Position numbers and translations under genes: made by a program. A stretch of DNA of 64,000 nt from Octopus vulgaris (taxonomy: Eukaryota): positions 76,694,001 through 76,758,000 of the forward strand of contig OX597831.1 in NCBI GenBank assembly GCA_951406725.2, written 5' to 3'. Within the stretch, counting starts at the first letter, position 1. Every line of letters begins with the position of its first letter. Of the stretch, positions 13,430 to 26,358 are shown piece by piece. The notes beneath the pieces were generated by a model, which was given only the letters and a program-made list of their open reading frames with translations, made no database searches and had not been told where the DNA came from.

Positions 13430-13740
13430 CAGTGCATGTTTATGTGAGTGTGTGTTGTCGTGTGTATGTGGTGTGTGTGTAGATGCAGGTGTGTGCTTGT
13501 GTATGTGTGTGAATGGTGTGTGTGTCATTGCATGTGTTTGTGTGAGTGTGTGTTGTCGTGTGTATGTGGTGTGTGTGTAGATGCAGGTGTGTGCTTGTGT
13601 ATGTGTGTGAATGGTGTGTGTGTCATTGCATGTGTTTGTGTGTGTGTGTGTTGTCGTGTGTATGTGGTGTGTGTGTAGATGCAGGTGTGTGCTTGTGTAT
13701 GTGTGTGAATGGTGTGTGTGTGTCATTGCATGTGTTTGTG
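13430..13740. repeat. 98-bp TG-rich minisatellite, about 3 copies
   Basis: ttgtcg anchor at 13455, 13553 and 13651. Confidence 0.85.
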
Positions 13741-13938
13741 TGACTCAGTGCAAGAGTGTGTGTGTGTGTGGGGGGTGAGTATGTGTGTGTGTGTGTGTGT
13801 GTTGTGGTGTATGTGTAGACACAAGTGTGTGTGTGTGTGAGTGTTGTGTGTCAATGAATGTGTTTGTGTGACTTAGTGCAAGTGTGTGTGTGTGTATGTG
13901 TAGATGCATGTGTGTTATTGTTGTGTTGTGAGTGTTTG

Positions 13939-13972
<34 letters not shown>

Positions 13973-13977
<5 letters not shown>

Positions 13978-14530
13978 AATAAATATATATGTATGTGTGT
14001 GTGTGTTTGAATAAATATATATGTATGTGTGTGTGTGTTTGAATAAATATATATGTATGTGTGTGTGTGTTTGAATAAATATATATGTATGTGTGTGTGT
14101 GTTTGAATAAATATATATGTATGTGTGTGTGTTTGAATAAATATATATGTATGTGTGTGTGTGTTTGTATAAATATATATGTATGTGTGTGTGTGTTTGA
14201 ATAAATATATATGTATGTGTGTGTGTGTTTGAATAAATATATATGTATGTGTGTGTGTGTTTGAATAAATATATATGTATGTGTGTGTGTGTTTGAATAA
14301 ATATATATGTATGTGTGTGTGTGTTTGAATAAATATATATGTATGTGTGTGTGTGTTTGTATAAATATATATGTATGTGTGTGTGTGTTTGAATAAATAT
14401 ATATGTATATGTGTGTGTTTGAATAAATATATATGTATGTGTGTGTGTGTTTGAATAAATATATATGTATGTGTGTGTGTGTTTGAATAAATATATATGT
14501 ATGTGTGTGTGTGTTTGTATAAATATATAT
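13973..14530. repeat. 30-32-bp minisatellite, about 17-18 copies
   Basis: Unit gtttgaataaatatatatgtatgtgtgtgtgt. Confidence 0.9.
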
Positions 14531-14713
14531 GTGGGTGTATGTGAATGCATCGATGTGTCAATATATGTCAGTGTGTGTATACAGTGAATAGTGGTAACAA
14601 CTGTGTCAGATACCGGCTCATGGGCACAGCTTGTAGTCTCCTTAACGTCATATGCGTGGCTATGTGTCTGCGCGTGTGTGTGTGTGTGATGTGTGTGTGT
14701 GTGTGTGTGTGTG

Positions 14714-14752
<39 letters not shown>

Positions 14753-14759
14753 ATCACAG

Positions 14760-15056
14760 TGAGCGACCAGGCTATCAGATGTTGTTACATGTCGTTGGTC
14801 ACAATGCACTTCACATTGTTTTAGCCTTCAAATGACGCCACCCTGCTGGCTAAGCGAGCAGGCCAACAGAAGAAAGAGTGAGAGGAAGTTGTGGCGAAAG
14901 AGTACAGCAGGGATTGCCACCACCCACTGTCGGAGCCTCATGGATCTTTAGGTGTTTTCGCTCAATAAACACTCACAACGCCCAGTCTGGGAATCGAAAC
15001 CGCGATCCTACGACCGCGAATCCGCTGGCCTAACCACTGGGCCATTGCGCCTCCAC
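14760..15056 (-). mobile_element. SINE family D
   Basis: Head is the reverse complement of the 11033 copy head. Confidence 0.75.
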
Positions 15057-15109
15057 ATATATATATATGTATGTATGTGTGTATCTATATATATATATAT
15101 ATACACACA

Positions 15110-15147
<38 letters not shown>

Positions 15148-15325
15148 CACACACATACATATAAATATATATACACACATACATATATATATATATGTGT
15201 ATATATGTATATGTATGTATGTATGTATATATGTAAGAATTCACACAAAGAAAACCAAAAGACGAAGACATGTGGTGTAGACAACAAACAGATGTATTAG
15301 TTTAACACTCGGGAAGTGAAAAAGT

Positions 15326-15361
15326 CTTTAACATTTCGAGCCTATGCTCTTCCACAGAAAG
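15326..15361 (-). ncRNA. Degenerate minimal hammerhead-like motif (CUGURGA family)
   Basis: cttt-CTGTGGA-A-GAGC atag GCTC-GAAA-tg-TT-aaag; homologue at 25121-25159. Confidence 0.45.
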
Positions 15362-15712
15362 GAACACAGAAAGAAACAAAGAGAGAAAATAAAGAACGTG
15401 TAGTATCTAATATACTTATATATATAATATATATATATATATATACATGCATACAAAATATTCTATAATTATATACATAATTATAATCAGGGGCCAGTGA
15501 AGCGCCTCACTACATACATACATATATACATACATATACACAAAAACACACACACACACACATGTATATGTATACACATATACACAAGGCTTTGGTTGGT
15601 CTGGAGCTATAGCAGAAGACACATGCCAAGTAACCACACAGTGGGACTGAAACCAGGACCATGTGTTTTGGAACCAAGTTTGTTACCACACAGCCACACC
15701 TGCACCTTTGTT

Positions 15713-15748
<36 letters not shown>

Positions 15749-15934
15749 TATATATGTATGCATGTATATATTTGCATATATATGTGTTCATATTACATGT
15801 ACATCTATCTATCTATCTCTCTCTGTCTCTCTCTCTCTATATATATATATACACATCTACACATATATACATGTCAACATATACATGCATATACATACAG
15901 CTATACATATACTTGTATACATATACATCTATAT

Positions 15935-16225
15935 ATATCATCATCATTCATTTAGCGTCCGTTTTCCATGCTAGCATGGGTTGGACGGTTCAACTGGGGT
16001 CCGGGGAGCCCGAAGGCTGCACCAGGCCAGTCAGATCTGGCAGTGTTTCTACAGCTGGATGCCCTTCCTAACGCCAACCACTCTGAGAGTGTAGTGGGTG
16101 ATTTTATGTGCCACCGACACAGGTGCCAGACGAGGCTGGCGAACGGCCACGCTCGGATGGTGTTTTTATGTGCCACCGACACAGGTGCCAGACGAGGCTG
16201 GCGAACGGCCATGCTCGGATGGTGT
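15935..16225 (-). mobile_element. SINE family E
   Basis: Same tail and domain; near-exact internal 62-bp duplication. Confidence 0.75.
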
Positions 16226-16419
16226 TTTTTTTTTTATATAATATATATATATATATGTATACATCTATATATATACATGTATATATATATACATCTATTC
16301 ATATACATTTGTGCTGATGTATACATACGCACACACACACATATATATATATACATAATATATATATATTATATACATGTATGTATGTATATATGTATGT
16401 ATGCCTGTATATATGTGAG

Positions 16420-16700
16420 ATAATAGTTTCACTTTAATATTCAAGTGAAAGTATCTGACATTACAATAGAGAGATGTTATTGTTTCACTTTTGTCACGTA
16501 ATACTGAAATAGTGGAGAAGGTATGATATTGCTGTGCGCTCACCCTAGGCAAGAAGTTAAAAATTCCTTTTGCCCATGACACTAAGTAAGGCATGTGTAA
16601 AATTTGAATGAAATTGGTTTTGTAGTTCTCAAGTTTTAAGGATTCACACAGACACACAGACAGACAGACAGACATACATTCTCATCTTCATATATATATA
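16420..16700 (-). mobile_element. Probable Helitron-like non-autonomous fragment
   Basis: aaatttgaatgaaattgg...cagacagacagac..tatatata, resembling the 5' region of the Helitrons at 36105 and 53269. Confidence 0.35.
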
Positions 16701-16711
16701 TATATATATAT

Positions 16712-17522
16712 ACTCTTATACTTGTTTCAGTCATTTGACTGTGGCCATGCTGGAGCACCGCCTTTAATCGAGCAAATCGACCCCGGGACTTATTCTTTGT
16801 AAGCCTAGTACTTATTCTATCAGTCTCTTTTGCCGAACCGCTAAGTTATGGGGACGTAAACACACCAGCATCGGTTGTCAAGCAATGCTAGGGGGACAAA
16901 CACAGACACACAAACACACACACACATATATATATATACATATACACGACAGGCTTCTTTCAGTTTCCGTCTACCAAATCCACTCACAAGGCATTGGTCG
17001 GCCCGGGGCTATAGCAGAAGACACTTGCCCAAGATGCCACGCAGTGGGACTGAACCCGGAACCATGTGGTTGGTTAGCAAGCTACTTACCACACAGCCAT
17101 TCCTACGCCTATGTATATATATATATTCTTTATTCTTTTACTTGCTTTAGCCATTTGACTGCGACCAATCTGGAGCACCGCCTTTAGTTGAGAAAATCAG
17201 CCCCAAGACTTATTCTTTGTAAGCCTAGTGCTTATTCTATCGGTTTCTTTTGCCGAACCGCTAAGTTACGGGAATGTAAACACACCACCACCAGTTTTTA
17301 AGCGATGTTGGTGGGACAAATACAGACACACACACACACATACACACACAGACACACACATGCACACGCACACATACATATATATGACAGGCTTCTTTCA
17401 GTTTCCATCTACAAAATTCACTCACAAGGCTTTGGTCAGCTTGAGACTATAGTAGTAGACACTTGCCCAAGTTGCCACGCAGTGGGACTGAACCCAGAAC
17501 CATGTGGTTGGTAAGCAAGCTA
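16712..17522 (-). mobile_element. Two tandem SINE family A copies
   Basis: Tail-to-head copies at about 16712-17110 and 17125-17522. Confidence 0.85.
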
Positions 17523-17571
17523 ATATATATATACATATATATGTATATCTATCTATCCATCCATCCACTTA

Positions 17572-17619
<48 letters not shown>

Positions 17620-17622
<3 letters not shown>

Positions 17623-18115
17623 TCATCATCATTTAACGTCCGCTTTCCATGCTAGCATGGGTTGGACAATTTGACTGAGGACTGGCAAACCAGATGGCTG
17701 CGCCAGGCTCCAATCTGATCTGGCAGAGTTTCTACAGCTGGATGCCCTTCCTAACGCCAACCACTCCAAGAGTGTAGTGGGCGCTTTTACGTGCCACCAG
17801 CACGAGGGCCAGTCTGGCGGTACTGGCAACAGCCATGCTTGAAATGGTGTTTTTTACGTGCCACCTGCACAGGAGTTGGACCAGCGGCACTGGCAACGAC
17901 TTCGATCAAATGATTTGTTCATGTGCCACCAGCACAAGTGCCAGTATGGCAACGCTGGTAACAATCACACTCAAATGGCACTTTTTACCCGCCACTGGCA
18001 CGGAAGCCAAACAGCTGCTCTGGCTGTGATCCCGCTCGGATGGAGCTGTTAGCGCTCCACTGGCACAGGTGCCAGTCATCGAATTTGGTTCAATTTTGAA
18101 TTCAATTTCGATTTC
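17620..18115 (-). mobile_element. SINE family E
   Basis: Same tail, domain and internal repeats. Confidence 0.75.
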
Positions 18116-18140
18116 GAAATATATATATATATATATATAC

Positions 18141-18172
<32 letters not shown>

Positions 18173-18964
18173 TATATTTATATAGACTTATTATATTAAG
18201 GGCATTACTAGACGTATTTATTCTTTTACATGTTTCAATCATTTAAGGGACAACTTCCAAGTTGGACTCCCTTGCTGTTGGTACACTGTATATTTATTAA
18301 GGTAGTTTTGACTTTAAGAGTCCCTTATAGCATGAGGCATTTACTTGTAGTAATGCCCTTAGTGTAATAAATGTATTTAAAAGGGAATAAATTAATTATA
18401 TATATTGTACAAATTGTTCCCTTTACTGGTTTTTCACGCTGAAAACATACAATCAGATACTATATCTGTCTCTCGGTCGCCCCATAGGACACCCTTCATA
18501 GGGGTTTCGGTTGTGCATACTATAGGAGTCACAGGGCACTGTTCCATGTGGTCCCGCAGTTTCCATCTAACCAGGAATATTAGGGTCTTGTCCATTGTCT
18601 CGTATTCAAGATCCTCTGCATGACATCCTGCTAATTCAAAGCCAGGAATCTGATCTGTTAGGTCCTGCTGATAACTAAATCCATGCCCTTCTACTGATGC
18701 TTTGATTTATTGTTGTTAAGGTTTTGTCTGTCTCCTATCCTTCGACATGTCTGGTTTGGTAAAACCTGTCTGAAGATTTCTCTCCCTCCAGCATAGCTCT
18801 CAGGGTCAATGGAGCAAACAAGCACTTCACCACGACAAAGTACTTGTTGAATTGGGCCGTTGACTATACAGTAATTCTTCCGCCCTTTGACAGGTCTTAT
18901 TTTTCGTCCTGCAGGGTTTCCAACAATCACCCTCCTCACCTAGCAAGCTTGATGGGGTTGCCAG

Positions 18965-19035
18965 TTTTTCACCTTTTTCATCGACCACAACTGCTTAACC
19001 TCCCAAGCTAACCTGTCATATCTATCGACTTTTCA
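18965..19035 (-). mobile_element. Short R4/Dong-like relic adjoining (TAA)n
   Basis: KVDRYDRLAWEVKQLWSMKKV. Confidence 0.5.
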
Positions 19036-19053
19036 TTATTATTATTATTATTA

Positions 19054-19085
<32 letters not shown>

Positions 19086-19129
19086 GTTGTTGTTGTTGTT
19101 GTTGTTGTTAGCAATATATATTCATCCAG

Positions 19130-19400
19130 TGATGGGTAAGAGCGATGACATTCCCAGGGAAACTTTATGCATTAACAAACTAGCAGGTCTGTTTCAGAGG
19201 ATTTGGGGGTTCAACACTACCATGGATAACTTCCAGAAATCCCTGACCTGACAGTGCTACTAAGGAGCATTGCAAGTTTGAGACGAATTCTATAGGCAGG
19301 TGGCACCAGGCGGGAATGTATGAGATGCTCGTAGAGTGACGAATCAGTTCTGCACACACTTGAGTGCAGTGTGTGTGTGTGTAGTGTCTGAGTATTGGTA
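19130..19400 (+). mobile_element. Old Tx1/L1-like relic
   Basis: MDNFQKSLT*QCY*GALQV*DEFYR aligns with MDNFQKSLALQCYREVLPVRDKLYR at about 41345. Confidence 0.55.
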
Positions 19401-19753
19401 ACGTGTGGGGTTATGTGGAACAGCTGTTGTCACACGTGGAATGAATCTGAATATCAAATAAATCTACCATGAGAATCGCCCCACCCCAACCCCCCACCTC
19501 CACCACCCAACTTTAATTGTCTGAGTGTGTGTGTGGTTTGTGGGAGATTTGGCTGCTATTTCTAGCCAATAGATTGAGGCCTGTAAAGGTTTTCTTATAA
19601 ACTTATATGTAAGAACACACTTCTCTGCGTGATGGGATGGGTATGGTTGGAGCACTTTTGGTCACTGGTATGCTTAATCTCAATCTGTTGTTGCCAATAG
19701 TGACCAAGCTGTAAAATGTTTATCATGCCCCTAAATTTACATACAGTGTGTGT

Positions 19754-19789
<36 letters not shown>

Positions 19790-19904
19790 TTATTTACATG
19801 TACAAACATATATATGCCTGTGTTCACAGGTTCATAGAAACATACATACATAAATATATATAAATATTTATACACACATACATATGTATATGTATATATA
19901 TATA

Positions 19905-20069
19905 GGCGCAGGAGTGGCTGTGTGGTAAGTAGCTTGTTTACCAACCACATGGTTCCGGGTTCAGTCCCACTGCGTGGAACCTTGGGCAAGTGTCTTCTAC
20001 TATAGCCTTGGGCCAACCAAAGCCTTGTGAGTGGATTTGGTAGACGGAAACTGAAAGAAGCCCGTCGTA

Positions 20070-20164
<95 letters not shown>

Positions 20165-20377
20165 TTGTGTGTCTGTGTTTGTCCCCCTAGCATTGCTTGA
20201 CAACCGATGCTGGTGTGTTTATGTCCCCGTAACTTAGTGGTTCGGCAAAAGAGACTGATAGAATAAGTACTGGGCTTACAAAAGAATAATCCCGGGGTCG
20301 AGTTGCTCGATTAAAGGTGGTGCTCCAGCATGGCCGCAGTCAAATGACTGAAACAAGTAAAAGAGAGTAAAGAGAGT
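19905..20377 (+). mobile_element. Full-length SINE family A with internal (TA)n(TG)n
   Basis: Complete head-core-microsatellite-tail structure. Confidence 0.85.
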
Positions 20378-20434
20378 ATATATCTGTCCAACCCATGCTA
20401 ACATGGAAAACGGATGTAAAACTATGATGATGAT

Positions 20435-20615
20435 GCTGGCAGAAACGTTAGCACGCCGGGCGAAATGCGTAGCCATATTTCGTCTGCCGCTACGTTCTGA
20501 GTTCAAATTCCGCCGAGGTCGACTTTGCTTTTCATCCTTTCAGGGTCGATATAATCGACTTAATACTTTGTCCTTGTTTGTCTCCTCTATGTTTAGCCCC
20601 TTGTGGGTAATAAAG

Positions 20616-20620
<5 letters not shown>
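20435..20620 (+). mobile_element. SINE family B (Nin/Deu-like domain)
   Basis: gagttcaaattccgccgaggtcgactttgc..catccttt..ggtcgat. Confidence 0.75.
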
Positions 20621-20661
<41 letters not shown>

Positions 20662-20704
20662 CTATCTGTCTGTCTATGTATCTATGTGTCTATTTATCTA
20701 TCTA

Positions 20705-20933
20705 CCGGCTTCCCCTCTCCATGCCACCAGTGTTATCCAAGGGAAAGGCAAGGACCAATTCAGCTTGGTACCTGTCATCTCACAACTCATTTGTACAGCC
20801 AAGTGAAATTTTGTACAGCAATGTGAAATAAAGTGTCTTGCACAAGAACACAACATGCAGCCTGGTCCGGGATTCGAACTCACAACATCATGGTCATAAG
20901 TATGACGCTCTAACCACTGAGCCATGCGCCTTC
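20705..20933 (-). mobile_element. SINE family C
   Basis: Homologous to 8138-8472. Confidence 0.75.
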
Positions 20934-21247
20934 ACACACACACACACACACACAAACATGCAATACATACATATAACAATCTGCATGAAGATTATAAAAT
21001 ACATTCATATATACAAGCATACATATACTTGTAGATAGATACGTACATACATAGGTCTGTGTATGTATATATGTAGGCACAGATAGATAGACAGACAGAC
21101 TGATACATAGATACATACATACATACATTCGTATATACATACATACATACATACATACATAGGTATGTGTATGTATATATGTAGGCATAGACAGAGAGAC
21201 AGACATATAGATCGATAGATAGATACATAGATACACAAATGTGTATG

Positions 21248-21311
<64 letters not shown>

Positions 21312-21408
21312 ATCCAAACAAGAAAACACAAAGAGAAAACACAATAACGCGAGGACGTGGAACAAATATTGCATTATTGGACGCTCAGGAAAGAAGGAAA
21401 GAAGGAGG

Positions 21409-21443
21409 GTTTAACGTTTCGGGTGGAGCTCTTCGTCAGAAAC
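21409..21443 (-). ncRNA. Minimal type-I hammerhead motif in a ~220-bp repeat (21305-21520)
   Basis: gttt-CTGACGA-A-GAGC tcc ACCC-GAAA-CG-TT-aaac; stem II decayed; sister copy at 33433-33467. Confidence 0.55.
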
Positions 21444-21650
21444 ATAGGAGAAGGAAAGATCCAGAGAAGGGAAGACAGAGGGAAAAAAAATCGCCAACGG
21501 TACACACGAGGTCACATTTTGAAAGACCGGAAGGAAATATATATATATAGATAGATCAATAGGTAGATACGCATACATACTCACACACGCATACACACAC
21601 ACACAAACACACGCACGTACCTATTGTCCCTGCCATCCCATTGTACCTAC

Positions 21651-21919
21651 CTTCTTTTTAGCTGTTGCTCCCACGACGTCGTCCCTTCCGTGGCAGATCT
21701 TGTTATGAGAGGAATCAGAGTGAGAAACACAGTTTTGATCGTGTTTTCCCTTCTCATCGTCGTTGCTCAAGTGGAGGTGGAGGTGGAGGTGGGAGTGAAG
21801 GGAGTGGGAGTGAAGGGAGTGGGAGTGAAGGGAGTGGGAGTGAAGGGAGTGGGAGTGAAGGGAGTGGCGGCTCGAATACCAAATAATTGACTCTTCCCAC
21901 TCCAGTTACCTTCCTTCTC

Positions 21920-21958
<39 letters not shown>

Positions 21959-22200
21959 CTCTTTCTTTCTTTCTCACTTTCTCTCTTTCTTTCTTTCTTT
22001 CTTTCCTTCTTTCTTCCTTCCTTTCTTTCTTACGCTAGTGACGTTGACACAATTGTCTCTGTCAATGCTGTTATTGTAGTAATGGTGGTCACACTTCAGT
22101 ACAACCAAGCAGTTTCAGAGTAGTAGTAGTAGTAGTGGTGGTGGTGGTGGTGGTGGTGGTAGTAGGCAGCCAAGAACCGGCGGAGCAGTTGTCCTACTAA
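21651..22200 (-). other. Candidate first (5'UTR) exon of the SLC35-like gene; 5' boundary unknown
   Basis: Donor aagaag|GTAGGT at 21651 next to a GC/CpG-richer region (21660-22950). No in-frame ATG before an upstream stop. Confidence 0.25.
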
Positions 22201-22303
22201 ACTGACTTGTTGTACGCCAGTGTAGTAAAGTGCAGCAATTGTAGTAATTGTAGCAATTGTAGTAGTAGTAATAGTAATAGTAGTGGTAGCAGTATTATTA
22301 TTA

Positions 22304-22535
22304 AGGCGGCGAGGTGGCAGAGTGGTTAGCGCGCCGGGCGAACTGCGTAGCTGTATTTCGTCTGTCGTTACGTTCTGAGTTCAAATTCCGCCGAGGTCGA
22401 CTTTGCCTTTCATCCTTTCGGGGTCGATAAATTAAGTACCAGTTACGCACTGGGGTCGATGTAATCAACTTAATACCAATGTCTGTCCTTGTTTGTCCCC
22501 TCTGTGTTTAGCCCCTTGTGGGTAGTAAAGAAATA
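22304..22535 (+). mobile_element. Full-length SINE family B
   Basis: ggcggcgaggtggcagagtggttagc head; gtgggtagtaaagaaata tail. Confidence 0.8.
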
Positions 22536-23337
22536 AGTATTAGTAGTAGTAGTGGTGGTTGTAGTAGTAGAGGTGGTGGTAGTAGTAGTAGTGGTGGTAG
22601 TACTAGTGGTGTTGGTGTTGGTAGTAGTAGTAATAGTAACGTGGTATGCGAAATGGAAGTGTGTCGTGTTTGGGCGGTCAAGGTGGACGTGTAGCTAGAA
22701 GTGGTGGTGGTGGTGGGGAAAGAAGGGAGCCCGCCCCCCCCCCCCGCGGTGGTGGTCATAGCTGTAGCGGCGATGGGAAAGTTGGTGTTGTTTGAGTTGG
22801 CGTGGTGGAAGTGGTGGTGGTGGTGGTGGTGGTGGTGATCGGTGTTTGATGACGGTGGGAGGAGTGGTGGTGACGTTGGCGGGTGGATTATGTGAGCTGG
22901 TTGTTGTAATGGTGTTGTTGTTGCTGTTGAGAAGTGGGAGAAGTCCGAAACGTGGTCCTTTGCTATTCGTAAGACCCGCAGAAGAGAGAGCAGGTCAACC
23001 CTACCCCCGACACTGAGAGCATCGACGGATAGATGAATGCGCATCCAGGCTCAGCGGTTGCGTAGGAAGTCGGGGACAAGAAACAGGAAGAAAGAGTGAG
23101 AGAAAGTTGGAGCGAAAGAGTACAAAAGAGGTCGCCACCACTCCCTGCCGGAGCCTCGTGGAGCTTTAGGTGTTTTCGCTCAATAAACACACACAACGCC
23201 GGGTCTGGGAATCGAAACCGCGATCCTCCTGTTGTTGTAGGTGGAAGCCAGGTGCAATCATTTGTGAAATGACCATTAAAAAAAAATTGACGCCGGAATA
23301 AAATACGATATAATACGATTGTGAACGTTACCCAAAG

Positions 23338-23395
<58 letters not shown>

Positions 23396-25120
23396 GTGTG
23401 TTTGTGTGTGGGTGTGAGTGTATTTGTGCGTGAGTGTGTATTTGTGTATATGTTTGTGTGTGTATGTGTGTGCATGTGTATTTGTGTGTGGGTGTGCTTG
23501 TGTGTGTGTACGTGTATGTGCATTTGTGTGTGAGTGTGTGTGTGTTTGCTTGTGTGTGTATTTGCGTGTGTATTTGTGTGTGCTTGTGTGTGTGTGTATT
23601 TGTGTGTTTGTGCGTGCGTGTGTATTTATGTGTATGTTTGTGTGTGTATGTGTGTGTTTGTGTGTGGTTGTGCTTGTGTGTGTATTTGTGCGTGTATACG
23701 TGTATGTGCATTTGTGTGTGAGTGTGTGTGCGTGCTTGTGTGTGTGTTTGTGTGTGTGTATTTCTGTGTGTATGTGCATTTGCATGTCTTTGTGTGCTTG
23801 TGTTTGTGTGTCTGTGTGCGTGTGTACACCTGTATTTCTCTATGTTGCTCAAAGACATGGAACTGGCCTCTCAGTCATTCCTCTAACCTTACGTTTCTTG
23901 AAATTATGCAAAGAATAATCTAGATAAATGTTTTTCTAATCGTTTCGTACAATTCTAAATTCCTTGGCAGATTGAGCTGACTTTGGACACTTATCGTTCT
24001 GATGAGGGCTAAATAGATAGAAACACATGTCCATAACTCACTTCTCTTCTCCTGACAATAAACCGAATATGAACTTTAATATCAGCTTTGAAGAAAATTT
24101 TGATTCTGTTGATTACCTCCCCTTCTTAAGTGGAGCTGGTCTTAATTGCCATTTGGTAATTTACACACTTCATTTGGAGGAGGACACATGCGCGCGCACA
24201 CACACACATACACACATACACACACATACAGGTATACACACAGGCGTGCACACACACATACACACGTACACACACGTACACAATCATGCACTTCAACGCA
24301 CACACACATACTCATGTACACACGCATACACATATACACGTACACACACACACGCATACATGCATACAGGCACACACACACATGCACACACACACACACA
24401 CATACAACAGGTTTCTTTCAGTTTCCGCCTACCAAATCCACTCACAAGGCTTTGGTTGACCTGAGCCTATAGTAGAAGACACTTGCTGAAGGTGCCACAC
24501 AGTGGGACTGAACCCAGATCCATGTGGTTGGTAAACAAGATACTTACCACACAGCCACTCCTATACACACACACACACATATTCACACACACACACTCAC
24601 ACACAAATGCACATACACGTATACACACACACACAAGCACACCCACACACAAACACACACATACACACACAAACATACACATAAATACACACGCACGCAC
24701 AAACACACACACACACGCGCACAAACACACACAAATACACACACACACAAGCACACACAAATACACACGCAAATACACACACACACACACACACTCACAC
24801 TCAAACACACACAAATGCACATACACGTATACACACACAAATATACACACACAAGCACACCCACGCACAAATACACATGCGTATGTGTGTGCGGGTATGT
24901 GTGTATGCATACGCGCATATAGTATACAGATACACACAGACACACACATATGTATATACACGCATATATATGTATACGCATATATACACGCATATATATG
25001 TATACGTGTAATAGCCTATTTCTTATGTCTATTTCATCATGTTGAACCGTTAATCTCTACAAAAGTTATTTTCCCTCTCGGTTATTTGCTTTCATTCTCA
25101 TCCCTTTTTTTCCCTCCTAA

Positions 25121-25159
25121 TCTTTTCTGTAGAAGAGCGTAGGCTCGAAACGTAAAAGA
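25121..25159 (+). ncRNA. Minimal hammerhead-like motif, core CUGUAGA
   Basis: tctttt-CTGTAGA-A-GAGC gtag GCTC-GAAA-CG-TA-aaaga. Confidence 0.55.
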
Positions 25160-25222
25160 CTTTTCCATTCTCCTGCTTGCTGTTCCTACATCCATCTTCG
25201 TCTTTTGTGTTCTGTAAATTTG

Positions 25223-25292
<70 letters not shown>

Positions 25293-25428
25293 ATAATAAA
25301 TATTAGGGAATAAATCCAAATTTACAGGGAAAAATCAGATTTAGGACTGAATCCAATTTTATAGTAAAATATTATATAATATTAATTAGGACTATTCATA
25401 ACTTAAAATTGAATAGAAGATCTGAATA

Positions 25429-25474
25429 CCACCTGATGAATGTCCTTAGAAGAGACAGGAAACAATTGTAGTGG
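25429..25474 (+). ncRNA. Type-I hammerhead ribozyme motif
   Basis: CCAC-CTGATGA-A-TGTC cttagaaga GACA-G-GAAA-CAATTG-TA-GTGG; palindromic stem III (ACAATTGT); GUA cleavage triplet. Confidence 0.7.
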
Positions 25475-25567
25475 CGAATTTAATTTTATTTAATTTATAT
25501 AAAAATTTTTATGTATTGGATTAAGTCTTTCTTTGTTTGATTTGCATAATAGTGGTTTTGTCTCTAA

Positions 25568-25594
<27 letters not shown>

Positions 25595-25600
<6 letters not shown>

Positions 25601-26300
25601 AACCAGCTTAGAGAAGAAGAAGAAGCGAAACGAAACCAAACGAATCGAATCGAATTGACGCGAAGGCGCTCATTCATACAAAAGTGTAATAAATAAAATA
25701 GATGCATACATACAAACATATATGTACGTACCTACATCTACATGTATATATACATGCATATATAAACATATATACGTGTGTACAGGACACCACAAATAGA
25801 CGTAGAACTCAACGAGAAACGAAAACGTAAAAACAGCATGGAACGGACTATTCCTTTAACAACGAGAAAACAGAGTACAAGACAACTACACAAGGAAAAA
25901 TCCCCTTCATCATCCGTCCCTAGTTCAACTCCAGCGTGTTTCGAAGATGAGGACAGAACACGTCTCGTCGAACTAATCCTTCCTGCGAAAGAATTAAATA
26001 AAATTCCTTTGCAGAGGGGTAAAAACAAGGAAAAAAAAATGAAAAAAAAATTGTGACAAAACCAGGACGTAAAAACAATACAATTAAAAACAAATACAAA
26101 ATAAAAATACAAATACAAGAAATACAGTACAAGAAGGAATAGAAACAGGACAAGAAAACAAATAAAGAGGGCCTATAAGCCTAGACGACGAAAAAAATTT
26201 TTTCACGAGCGCAGGAAGAAACATGTTTACTTGAATAAGGCCGCCAGCGAAAGGAAGTTCGTAGACCCGGCCGTGAGAGAGATGAGGAGGAGGAGTGAGT

Positions 26301-26358
<58 letters not shown>

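Noticed and set aside
13851-14757. 236-280-aa His/Thr/Tyr ORFs and a CRISPR-like periodic array
   Set aside because: Simple minisatellite with no unique spacers and no cas genes; eukaryotic context.
21780-21870. Gly/Ser/Glu repeat ORF (GSEGS)n
   Set aside because: 15-bp tandem repeat with no ATG or splice support for coding.
23995-24032. CTGATGAGG..GAAAC..GTC hammerhead-like string
   Set aside because: Stems I and II cannot be drawn convincingly; at most a decayed copy.
26238-26275. Possible HDV-like ribozyme
   Set aside because: Only one stem is visible; the nested double pseudoknot could not be built.
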